Origin: Candidatus Bathyarchaeia archaeon
GTDB taxonomy: Archaea; Thermoproteota; Bathyarchaeia; Bathyarchaeales; Bathycorpusculaceae
Assembly: GCA_049515895.1 (NCBI GenBank)
Contig: JBEKTQ010000001.1
Location: 32,001-96,000 of the forward strand
DNA length: 64,000 nt
Direction of reading: 5' to 3'
The position numbers and the translations under genes are program-made. The number at the start of each line of letters is the position of its first letter. The first letter of the stretch is position 1. Of this stretch, positions 56,332-64,000 are shown in pieces. Below the pieces are notes generated by a model that was not told where the DNA came from, searched no databases, and saw only the letters and a list, made by a program, of their open reading frames with translations.

Positions 56332-57634
56332 AGCAATCAGAGAGGCTGACGGCAAATGCATGCTTGCGCGTCTGTTTAAAGACTACTCTGAAGGTAAATA
56401 CCCGATTTCAGACAAAATTGTCAGCGTTGGACCTGATACGGATTTGGCTAAGCTGCCGAGGCAATATGATTGGCTGAACACTGAAAAGTTGGTTGTCAAA
56501 CCCGACCAGCTGATAAAACGTCGAGGAAAAAATAAGCTTATCCTTGTCGATGCAGATTACGGGCAAGTCAAAGCATGGATAGAAGAGAAATCTAATAGGC
56601 CGATAACTGTTCACGGTAGTTTTGACTCGGAAGGCAAACCCGTGGGCAAAGGAACAGTTGGTCAACTGACGCACTTCATAATCGAGCCGATGACGCCTCA
56701 TAAGGATTCGGAGGAATGCTACTTAGCCATTACATCCAACAAAAACGGCGACACCATCCTTTTCTACCATGAAGGTGGCGTGAACGTTGGGGATGTGGAC
56801 AAGAAGGCAGCGCGCCTTGAGGTACCCATTGGCACATACCCCACTTCAGGGGAAATCCAGAAGAAGCTTTTAGAAAAAGTTCCCGCTAACTGCAAAAGCC
56901 GCCTTGCCGGTTTCATCGAAGCTCTCTTCAAATTCTACGCAGACCTAAACTTCACCTATTTGGAGATAAATCCTCTTTTAGTTACAAAGGATTCGATTGT
57001 CCCCTTAGACCTCGCAGCCAAGTTGGACAGCACTGCCGAATTTGAAAGCGGCTCCAAATGGGGCAACATCGAGTATCCAGCGCCTTTCGGTAGGATTTCG
57101 AGCAAGGAAGAAGTTTTCATCGAGGACTTAGACTCAAAAACAGGAGCTTCCCTCAAATTGACGGTTCTCAATTCGGAAGGAAGAGTCTGGACAATGGTTG
57201 CAGGAGGCGGTGCCTCAGTCATTTATGCCGACACCATTACGGACCTTGGCTTCATGAACGAATTAGCTAATTACGGAGAATATTCAGGGGATCCAAGCGA
57301 GGAATTCACGTATCTGTACGCTAAAACAATCCTTGACCTTATGACTAGAAAGGCACACCCGAAAGGCAAATTCCTGCTTATAGGCGGAGGAATAGCGAAT
57401 TTCACAGACGTTGCGGCAACATTCAAGGGCATAATCAAAGCCCTCAAGGAATATCAGAAGAATCTGCAAGAGAACAAGGTTAAGATATACGTGCGCAGAG
57501 GAGGACCCAACTATCAAGAGGGCTTATGCCAGATGAGGGAACTTGGGGAAAAGCTAGGGGTGCCCATTGAAGTGTATGGACCAGAAACCCACATGACCAA
57601 GATTGTTTCGATGGCTCTAAAAGGAGCGAATTGA
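56321..57634 (+). CDS. aclB: ATP citrate lyase, ATP-grasp (beta) subunit
   Basis: [51 protein letters not shown]. Confidence 0.93.
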   Translation: MAHKAIREADGKCMLARLFKDYSEGKYPISDKIVSVGPDTDLAKLPRQYDWLNTEKLVVKPDQLIKRRGKNKLILVDADYGQVKAWIEEKSNRPITVHGSFDSEGKPVGKGTVGQLTHFIIEPMTPHKDSEECYLAITSNKNGDTILFYHEGGVNVGDVDKKAARLEVPIGTYPTSGEIQKKLLEKVPANCKSRLAGFIEALFKFYADLNFTYLEINPLLVTKDSIVPLDLAAKLDSTAEFESGSKWGNIEYPAPFGRISSKEEVFIEDLDSKTGASLKLTVLNSEGRVWTMVAGGGASVIYADTITDLGFMNELANYGEYSGDPSEEFTYLYAKTILDLMTRKAHPKGKFLLIGGGIANFTDVAATFKGIIKALKEYQKNLQENKVKIYVRRGGPNYQEGLCQMRELGEKLGVPIEVYGPETHMTKIVSMALKGAN

Positions 57635-57635
57635 A

Positions 57636-59489
57636 ATGGCAAACCCGTGCCCAGCCGAGAAAACCAACCCTAACGAACTATTCGACAAGAATACCCAGTC
57701 ATTCATCTATAACAACCAAGCAGCTGCAACACAAAGGATGTTGGACTTTGACTACGCATCAGGACGCACCACGCCGTCAGTCGCGGCAATTATCAACCCC
57801 ACCGGCTCAGACAGCTACTCAAAGTTCTTTTTCGGCAAACGCGAAATCCTAATTCCCATGTACAAAACCATCGAGAAAGCAGCCCAGATGCACCCCAAAG
57901 TCGACGTGATGATAAACTTTGCCTCCTTCAGGTCAGCCGCGCCCTCAACTGAGGAAGCCCTAGCCATACCGCAGATCCGAACCATCGTCATAATCGCCGA
58001 GGGAGTGCCAGAACGGCGGATGAAACTGCTTACCGCTAAGGCTAAAGCCCTTGGAAAAGTCATAATTGGCCCCGCGACAGTTGGCGGAATAAAAGCCGGT
58101 TGCTTCAAAATCGGGAACGCCGGCGGCACAATAGAAAACATCGTCGAATCGAAACTTCACAGGCCAGGCTCCGTGGGATTTGTATCTAAATCAGGCGGCC
58201 TGAGCAACGAGGCGTACAACATCATTGCCAGAAACACGGATGGTCTGTATGAAGGCATAGCTATCGGTGGGGACACTTACCCAGGCTCTACGCTGCTGGA
58301 TCACCTGCTGAGGTTCGAGAGCATTCCTGAAGTCAAGATGCTTGTGGCTCTAGGTGAAGTAGGCGGCATCGGCGAATACGAGATTGCCGAAGCTCTCAAA
58401 ACCAAGAGGATAACAAAGCCGCTTGTGATTTGGGTTACCGGAACATGCTCCAAAGCATTCAAAACCGAGGTCCAATTCGGTCATGCAGGCGCCAAAGCTG
58501 GGTGTGAATCAGAAACTGCTGACGCAAAGAATGCGGCTCTCATGAAGGCGGGAGCAATTGTTCCCACCTCATACGACGACTACGACCAGAAGATAAGAGA
58601 AACATATGAGAACCTTGTTCGACAAGGCGTTATAACTCCAAAGTCTGAACAACCTGCTCCAAAGATCCCCATGGACTATGCCAAGGCTCTGAAGGAAGGA
58701 GTGATCAGGAAGCCTTCTAATTTTATCTGCACCATATCCGACGACCGAGGCGAGGAACTTCTTTACGGCAAGATGCCCATATCCGACGTCTTCAAAAAAG
58801 ACATAGGAATCGGCGGCGTCTTAAGCATCCTGTGGTTCAAGCGTCAGCTTCCCGCATACGCGACCAAGTTCATTGAGATGGCAATCATGGTTACGGCCGA
58901 CCATGGACCCGCGGTTTCAGGTGCCCATAACACTATCGTTGCGGCGAGGGCAGGCAAGGACCTAGTTTCTTCAGTTGCAAGCGGCCTCTTGACTATAGGC
59001 CCAAGGTTCGGAGGAGCCATCGACGGAGCAGCCCAAAGCTTCTCTGACGCGTACGACAGGGGATTAAGTCCCGCCGAGTTCGTTGAGGAGATGAAGAAGA
59101 AGGGCGAAAACATCCAAGGCATCGGCCACCTCATCAAGAGTAAAAACAATCCTGACATGCGCGTGACCATAATGAAAGAGTACGCCAAGAAAAATTTCAA
59201 GGCTACACCTCTTCTTGACTACGCGCTCGAAGTGGAGAAGATCACAACCAGCAAGAAAGACAACCTCATCCTAAATGTTGACGGATGCATCGGAATTTGC
59301 TTTGTCGACATGCTAAGAAACGAGATGCCTAAGCAGGAAGCCGACGAATACATAAAGATGGGCGCCCTCAACGGCTTGTTCGTGGTAGGCAGAACCATCG
59401 GCATGACAGCGCACTTTCTAGACCAGAAGCGATTAAGGCAAGGGCTCTACAGACACCCATGGGACGACATCGCTTACATGACAGAATAG
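57636..59489 (+). CDS. aclA: ATP citrate lyase, alpha subunit with citryl-CoA lyase domain
   Basis: QRMLDFD, GPATVGG, phospho-His [34 protein letters not shown]. Confidence 0.94.
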   Translation: MANPCPAEKTNPNELFDKNTQSFIYNNQAAATQRMLDFDYASGRTTPSVAAIINPTGSDSYSKFFFGKREILIPMYKTIEKAAQMHPKVDVMINFASFRSAAPSTEEALAIPQIRTIVIIAEGVPERRMKLLTAKAKALGKVIIGPATVGGIKAGCFKIGNAGGTIENIVESKLHRPGSVGFVSKSGGLSNEAYNIIARNTDGLYEGIAIGGDTYPGSTLLDHLLRFESIPEVKMLVALGEVGGIGEYEIAEALKTKRITKPLVIWVTGTCSKAFKTEVQFGHAGAKAGCESETADAKNAALMKAGAIVPTSYDDYDQKIRETYENLVRQGVITPKSEQPAPKIPMDYAKALKEGVIRKPSNFICTISDDRGEELLYGKMPISDVFKKDIGIGGVLSILWFKRQLPAYATKFIEMAIMVTADHGPAVSGAHNTIVAARAGKDLVSSVASGLLTIGPRFGGAIDGAAQSFSDAYDRGLSPAEFVEEMKKKGENIQGIGHLIKSKNNPDMRVTIMKEYAKKNFKATPLLDYALEVEKITTSKKDNLILNVDGCIGICFVDMLRNEMPKQEADEYIKMGALNGLFVVGRTIGMTAHFLDQKRLRQGLYRHPWDDIAYMTE

Positions 59490-59561
59490 CATCCACAAGC
59501 CGGACCAGGCTTCTTCCATCGCTCGGCTTCTTTCCGAGCTAATCTTTAATCTTTCACTTTT

Positions 59562-59774
59562 TCATGTTGCGGCGCATTTGCCCCAGCATCTGAGGCACTC
59601 CAAATATTCGTCGCCGGGCAGCCATTCAACATGTCCTTTTTCCGAGCTGTCCAAAGGCTCAAAACGTATAAAATGGCGGCCGTCGGACGTCTCGTACAGG
59701 ACGGCTTTAAAATCACCAAAATCACTGTCGCCCTCAGCAATCTTTTCCATTCTGTTAAGCGCGCTCAAGAGCAA
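59562..59774 (-). CDS. Small hypothetical protein
   Basis: 70-aa ORF with protein-like composition and a C-terminal CxxC; start uncertain. Confidence 0.35.
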   Translation of the reverse strand: MLLSALNRMEKIAEGDSDFGDFKAVLYETSDGRHFIRFEPLDSSEKGHVEWLPGDEYLECLRCWGKCAAT

Positions 59775-59881
59775 TATAACGAATTGTTCAGATATAAAAC
59801 TAACTTAAGTTCACGTTTCAACATTGATGGGATAAGGGTTTCAAGAAAAAAGGTTAAAATGGCAGTTTTTCTGCCAAGCAC

Positions 59882-61042
59882 TTACAGCACTTTATCTGCT
59901 TTAGGGACTTTTCTAACGAGATAGGCGAACAGGAAGCATAGCGAGACGCCGATTGGGCTGGCAATCGCGAACTTTAGTAGAAGCGGCAGCTGCACGTTTT
60001 GGAGGCTTAAGGCTAAGAGCACGAGTACCGGCACTTGAATGATGTAGGCGGTGAATGAACTGTCGGAGAAAGCTTTCATTACTCGGGTTTGGAAGTTTAA
60101 GTGCTCCCTGAACCAGACCGTTACGCTGATCATGACAGCGATGCCGAAGAGTTGCTCCCAAAACGCATACGCAACAGCTTGCCACCGAAGCCCACCGAAA
60201 ATTGTCGCTAATCCGCCACTCAGCATGGTTGGGACAAAAATTGCCATATAAGCAGCTCCTAGTGCTAAGGCTATTTTTGACCAGAGTTTACCTGTTTCCT
60301 TCGGTATAGTCATTAGCCAGTTGCTCCGGAAGGCAATCAACCCTACAATGAATAGAGCGATGTACTGGGCGAAGAAGCAGTACTGAAAGCTGAACATGAG
60401 ACTGTAGTAGCCTATGGGGAAGACAAGTCTGACTGCGAAGCTTGCGGCGCCCAAAAGCAAAGCGAATGCAAGTATTACCGCGTTCTTTGGAAAAGGGCGG
60501 GCCGCGGTGGGCTTTGGCTGAAAGTGTCGCCAACCACTGTATGCAAAGGCAAAGAGTAGCAATGCCAGAATAAACCACAGTATTCCATAGCCGAAGAATA
60601 TGTACTTTCCATAGTAACTTAGGAAAGAGCCGTGGAAAGAGCCATTCGTCAAAGCGACGACATAGTCGACAGCGGGTTCTATTAGGCCGACGAAGACTAG
60701 AATAGGTATGCCCAACCGGGTTAGCCTATCTTTCAAGAATTTCTTTGACCCTTTGCGGTCGTAAGCAGGCGGCGTGAAGTATCCTGCCAGCAGAAAGAGC
60801 AATCCCATAAAGAACGCTTGCACAAGTCCCAAGAATACAACATATACGGCGGCGTTCGGCATGCTTAGCACTCCTTCCTGATAATACCATAAGCCAACCG
60901 GTGAACCGTAAGTTATGGCCAAATGGACAAGAAACACTAATGCTATGAGCAAAACTCTCAGGTTGTCGACGAAAAAAAGGCGAGGGGCAGAGACTTTTAT
61001 GGATGAGATTTTGGAGCGAACCCCCAATGATGATTCACTCAT
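59882..61042 (-). CDS. Acyltransferase family 3 (OpgC-like) membrane protein
   Basis: RLFFVDNLR..LVFLVH, FMGLLFLLAGYF, DRL.RLGIP, LWF. Confidence 0.9.
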   Translation of the reverse strand: MSESSLGVRSKISSIKVSAPRLFFVDNLRVLLIALVFLVHLAITYGSPVGLWYYQEGVLSMPNAAVYVVFLGLVQAFFMGLLFLLAGYFTPPAYDRKGSKKFLKDRLTRLGIPILVFVGLIEPAVDYVVALTNGSFHGSFLSYYGKYIFFGYGILWFILALLLFAFAYSGWRHFQPKPTAARPFPKNAVILAFALLLGAASFAVRLVFPIGYYSLMFSFQYCFFAQYIALFIVGLIAFRSNWLMTIPKETGKLWSKIALALGAAYMAIFVPTMLSGGLATIFGGLRWQAVAYAFWEQLFGIAVMISVTVWFREHLNFQTRVMKAFSDSSFTAYIIQVPVLVLLALSLQNVQLPLLLKFAIASPIGVSLCFLFAYLVRKVPKADKVL

Positions 61043-61293
61043 TCTATTGCACCTCCTCTTTCCCGTTTTTCTTTCGTTTTGATTTCGCTTTGGGTTAGGT
61101 TAATCCTGAGAACGCCCTTGTCGCCGACCACTTCCAAGATTACGTCCTCTGCAAACTCCGCTCGTTGCAACTGTCCGATGGTGCCTTCAACGAGTACGTT
61201 TTCGTGGTTGCCATTGCTTAAGGTGACGTTCTTGAGGTTAACCTTAGATTTCAGTTCCACCGAAAAGAACCGTTCTTTCATTTTTTCTTCCAT
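61039..61293 (-). CDS. Small beta-rich hypothetical protein
   Basis: SD GGAGG; FSVELKSK..VLVEGTIG..LEVVG..GVLRINL; ATGA overlap with the acyltransferase. Confidence 0.75.
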   Translation of the reverse strand: MEEKMKERFFSVELKSKVNLKNVTLSNGNHENVLVEGTIGQLQRAEFAEDVILEVVGDKGVLRINLTQSEIKTKEKRERGGAIE

Positions 61294-61361
61294 ATTTCTT
61301 TTCCTCCGGTGAATGAGAGACGCTGACAGAACCCATTAGTTTTATTTGACAAGCTTGTGTA

Positions 61362-61385
61362 GTACTTTACAACGTTGTAAAGTAC
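61362..61385. promoter_or_regulatory. Perfect 24-bp palindromic operator between divergent genes
   Basis: GTACTTTACAACGTTGTAAAGTAC is its own reverse complement; it lies downstream of TTTATTT (61341) and 22 bp before the regulator start. Confidence 0.7.
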
Positions 61386-61407
61386 AGCAAGTCGGGGTGG
61401 CTCTGAG

Positions 61408-62160
61408 TTGGAAAATTCAGAAGGAATAGACCGGGTGTTCTATGAGCTCGCAAGCGAAAGCAGGCTCAGCATACTACGAGAGTTGCAGGCGAAAAACTAC
61501 AAGATGCAGGAACTCGCCCGCAAGCTTGATTTAACCGACACCGAAGCCTTCAGGCAACTTCAACGTTTAAGCGAAGCCCTACTCATTCAGAAGCAGCCCG
61601 ACGGCACCTACTCGACTACGCAGTACGGCAAATTGCTGATGCAGTTTTCGCACTCTTTCGAATTCGCTTTCAAGTTCCGCCAGTGTCTGCTGACCCGCGA
61701 CGTTTGGCGCTTACCCATCCAATTCGTAAACCGCTTAGGAGAACTTTCCAAGGTAGCTTTGAACACAGACTCGCTTGAAATGGTCAACAACGTTGAACAG
61801 TTAATTTCAAATTCTGAGAAATATCTTTGGATCATCGGAGAAAGGCCTCTCGGTTTTTTGGGCGCAAAGATAAGTAGTCAGGTCCAAAAAGGGCTCACCA
61901 TACGTTTGATGTTTGAGGAAGACAGCCGCAAGCTCTTTGAAAACACTCCTGACGTAAAAGGCATCTTTGAAAAAAGAGTAATCCCAACGATTCCGGCAAC
62001 TTTGGTTCTCAATGAGAAATTTGCGGGAGTAAACCTGCTGGCTGTCGACGGCAGAGCCGACAATGCCGTGTTCTATGGAAGCGACTCTGCCTTTATGAAG
62101 TGGGCAACCGACTTGTTCCTCTTTTACTGGGAACAGGGAAAACGTTGCTACCCAACCTAA
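61408..62160 (+). CDS. Winged-helix transcriptional regulator (ArsR-like wHTH plus DUF1724-like domain)
   Basis: LASESRLSIL..ELARKL..EAFRQLQRL..Y..TQYG; C-terminal WATDLF..YW. Confidence 0.85.
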   Translation: MENSEGIDRVFYELASESRLSILRELQAKNYKMQELARKLDLTDTEAFRQLQRLSEALLIQKQPDGTYSTTQYGKLLMQFSHSFEFAFKFRQCLLTRDVWRLPIQFVNRLGELSKVALNTDSLEMVNNVEQLISNSEKYLWIIGERPLGFLGAKISSQVQKGLTIRLMFEEDSRKLFENTPDVKGIFEKRVIPTIPATLVLNEKFAGVNLLAVDGRADNAVFYGSDSAFMKWATDLFLFYWEQGKRCYPT

Positions 62161-62185
62161 CTCGAGCGTCCTTCGCTGTTCTGTT

Positions 62186-62815
62186 TTAGCTGAATTCATA
62201 GAGGAACGCCAACGTGTAAGACCACGACGTGACCCCTATTATCCAGCTAAATATTGTCACTCCCGTTACAGCCGAAGTCAGTACCAGGAGGAAAATGATG
62301 GCAGCGGCGGCAAACCCGAAGGTTGGAATCCAATGAACATGGTCTTTCAGCCTTCTAATTCCAGCAGCTGAAGAGACGATAAATAATTCGAGACTAACCA
62401 AAAAAATCAAGGTGAACAGTGAGTTTAGCCCGCCGTCGGCGCCGCTTGGAAACAGAGCAGTTAACACGTAAAAGAAACTGAACAGCAGCATGAAGCTTAC
62501 AGTTAAGTAAAACAACACTAATCTTGGGTGGGCACCTCGTGAAGAAACCCACTGCTTTGGCAGAACCAACAGCATAATCGCTACAAAAATGGTCATACTG
62601 CAGACCACCAAAACCCCTGCGTTATAGAAGATGGCGCCTGAAGGGTTCAATTTTGGGTCTCCAAGCTGAGCAAGAGTGTTATTTAACGGAGAAAAACCCT
62701 TTGGATAAAAAGAAAAAGCTGTCAAGGCTAGAGCCGCGTAGATTAGCAACATGATTATGAGCCCGGTGAGTGAACGAACAGAACGCTCTTTTCTAGCTTC
62801 TATCATACCTGCCAC
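62186..62815 (-). CDS. DUF998-like membrane protein
   Basis: YP.GFSPLNNTLAQLG....NP.GAIFYN motif plus TM helices. Confidence 0.7.
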   Translation of the reverse strand: MAGMIEARKERSVRSLTGLIIMLLIYAALALTAFSFYPKGFSPLNNTLAQLGDPKLNPSGAIFYNAGVLVVCSMTIFVAIMLLVLPKQWVSSRGAHPRLVLFYLTVSFMLLFSFFYVLTALFPSGADGGLNSLFTLIFLVSLELFIVSSAAGIRRLKDHVHWIPTFGFAAAAIIFLLVLTSAVTGVTIFSWIIGVTSWSYTLAFLYEFS

Positions 62816-62903
62816 TCAGCAATTCCTTATCAACGTTTATGCTTAATATCATTTTACACCTAAGCGGTAACACGAAAAAAATTATTTTGGCAAAAATCAT
62901 AAT

Positions 62904-63025
62904 TGGCGCCGGGGAAGGGACTCGAACCCCTGCGAGCGCGAAGCCCACCGGCTTTCTTGCCTTTCGGTCTTAGCCCTCTTTTATTTTTCTCGAGGCCGGC
63001 GCATTAACCACTCTGCCACCCCGGC
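62904..63025 (-). tRNA. tRNA-Ser(CGA) with 35-nt intron at 37/38 (62954-62988) and encoded CCA
   Basis: Acceptor GCCGGGG/CCCCGGC, G73-CCA, anticodon arm CCGGC-CT-CGA-G..A-GCCGG, long variable arm, T loop TTCGAGT. Confidence 0.9.
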
Positions 63026-63406
63026 GCGCATATAGGGATTGTGTCTGAGGTGTAAAAATGTTTCCAGCACGCAAACCATAAAATTCCCAACGCCCAACGC
63101 TTAACACTTGTCTATTTGGTTCCTCTAGATGCGCCTATTTGGCTCATCTAGTAGACCGGGAGGGTAGGCTGTACAAGCAAAGAGCACGACCCTCTAGAGT
63201 ACGACGTTACTTGTGACGAAATTCCAGCAAAAAAAACATTAACCATCAATTGCAGGCAATGCGGAGGAGCCTAGTATTTGTGGCAAAACCAACCACAAAA
63301 ATGAAATAACCAAACAAACATGAGTTTATCAAACGAAACGAAGCAATTTAGGCAAAGAGACCAAAAATCGACAAAGGCGATTACTTTGATGTTTTTAACG
63401 GTAATG

Positions 63407-63413
63407 TTTATAA
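63407..63413 (+). promoter_or_regulatory. TATA box of the rpl3 operon
   Basis: TTTATAA about 40 bp upstream of the rpl3 ATG. Confidence 0.5.
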
Positions 63414-63453
63414 CCTCTCTTTCTATTTGCTAAAGGCGCGAAGCGGATAATCT

Positions 63454-64000
63454 ATGGGACATCGTAAAACTCACGCTCCTAAGCATGGTTCACTTGCTTA
63501 TTTACCTAGGAAACGCGCCAAGAACCCAGTTGCGCGAATCCGATATTGGCCAAAGATAAAGTCTGATTCTCCGAGGTTGCTTGGATTCTCAGCGTACAAG
63601 GCAGGTATGACATATGTTTTTGCCATCGAAGACCGCAAACGTTCACCGAACTTTGGCAAAGAAGTTATGCGGGCAGCAACCATACTGGAAACGCCGCCGA
63701 TTCTCGTCTGCGGCGTTCGAACCTATACTAAAACGCCGTACGGGCTGCAGAACATCAGTGAGGCATGGATGAAAGATCCGCCAGCAATCCTTGACCGACT
63801 CCTGGTTCTACCGGAAAGCTTTGACACTGAAGCAATGTTGGAAAAACTCCAGCAGAACCTTGAGGAAACAACGGTCATCAGATTGATTACAGCAACCCAG
63901 CCAGCACAGACAAGCCTCTCCAAGAAGAAGCCTGAGTCATGTGAAATCCAAATTGGCGGGGGCACAATTCCGCAGCAATTCGAATACGCCAAACAACTTA
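63454..64000 (+). CDS. rpl3: 50S ribosomal protein uL3 (5' part, runs off the window)
   Basis: MGHRKTHAPKHGSLAYLPRKRA..RIRYWP..GFSAYKAGMT..ATILETPP; absent from the ORF track because it is truncated. Confidence 0.95.
   Translation, partial: MGHRKTHAPKHGSLAYLPRKRAKNPVARIRYWPKIKSDSPRLLGFSAYKAGMTYVFAIEDRKRSPNFGKEVMRAATILETPPILVCGVRTYTKTPYGLQNISEAWMKDPPAILDRLLVLPESFDTEAMLEKLQQNLEETTVIRLITATQPAQTSLSKKKPESCEIQIGGGTIPQQFEYAKQL

Noticed and set aside
63112-63151. Degenerate 17-bp direct repeat (CTATTTGGTTCCTCTAG / CTATTTGGCTCATCTAG) near the tRNA
   Set aside because: Only two copies; no integrase or tRNA-end duplication, so no evidence of an att site or array
1-64000. Transposases, integrases, defence systems, rRNA
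   Set aside because: No ORF with DDE, tyrosine/serine recombinase, Cas or restriction motifs recognised; queC lacks qat/dpd neighbours; no rRNA-like sequence

Overview
Archaeal chromosomal window, most likely Bathyarchaeia (inferred from PolD DP1/DP2, Elf1, GGGP synthase, Sec61beta, an intron-containing tRNA and PQQ-propeller/Kelch surface proteins). About 1-17.8 kb is accessory: surface proteins, queC-queT, mgtA-ygiD, small redox and Zn-ribbon proteins. About 18-45 kb is core, centred on a replication origin (ORB boxes plus an AT-rich unwinding element, ~33.0-33.6 kb) upstream of cdc6/orc1, with both PolD subunits nearby. About 46-62 kb is metabolic: a radical SAM fusion, a WOR5/ASOR-type tungsten oxidoreductase, serA and an acn-icd-aclB-aclA operon. 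The window ends with tRNA-Ser(CGA) and the start of rpl3. The best candidate for an undescribed system is a three-gene HTH module directly beside oriC, including a membrane-anchored coiled-coil wHTH protein. It is embedded in arrays of two related short motifs (RTCAC/GTGAY and TTCAC/GTGAA), some helically phased, and may tether or segregate the origin. The second-best candidate is a riboswitch-like anti-SD pseudoknot plus uORF in the queC-queT leader. All family assignments come from motif recognition by eye; no searches were run.
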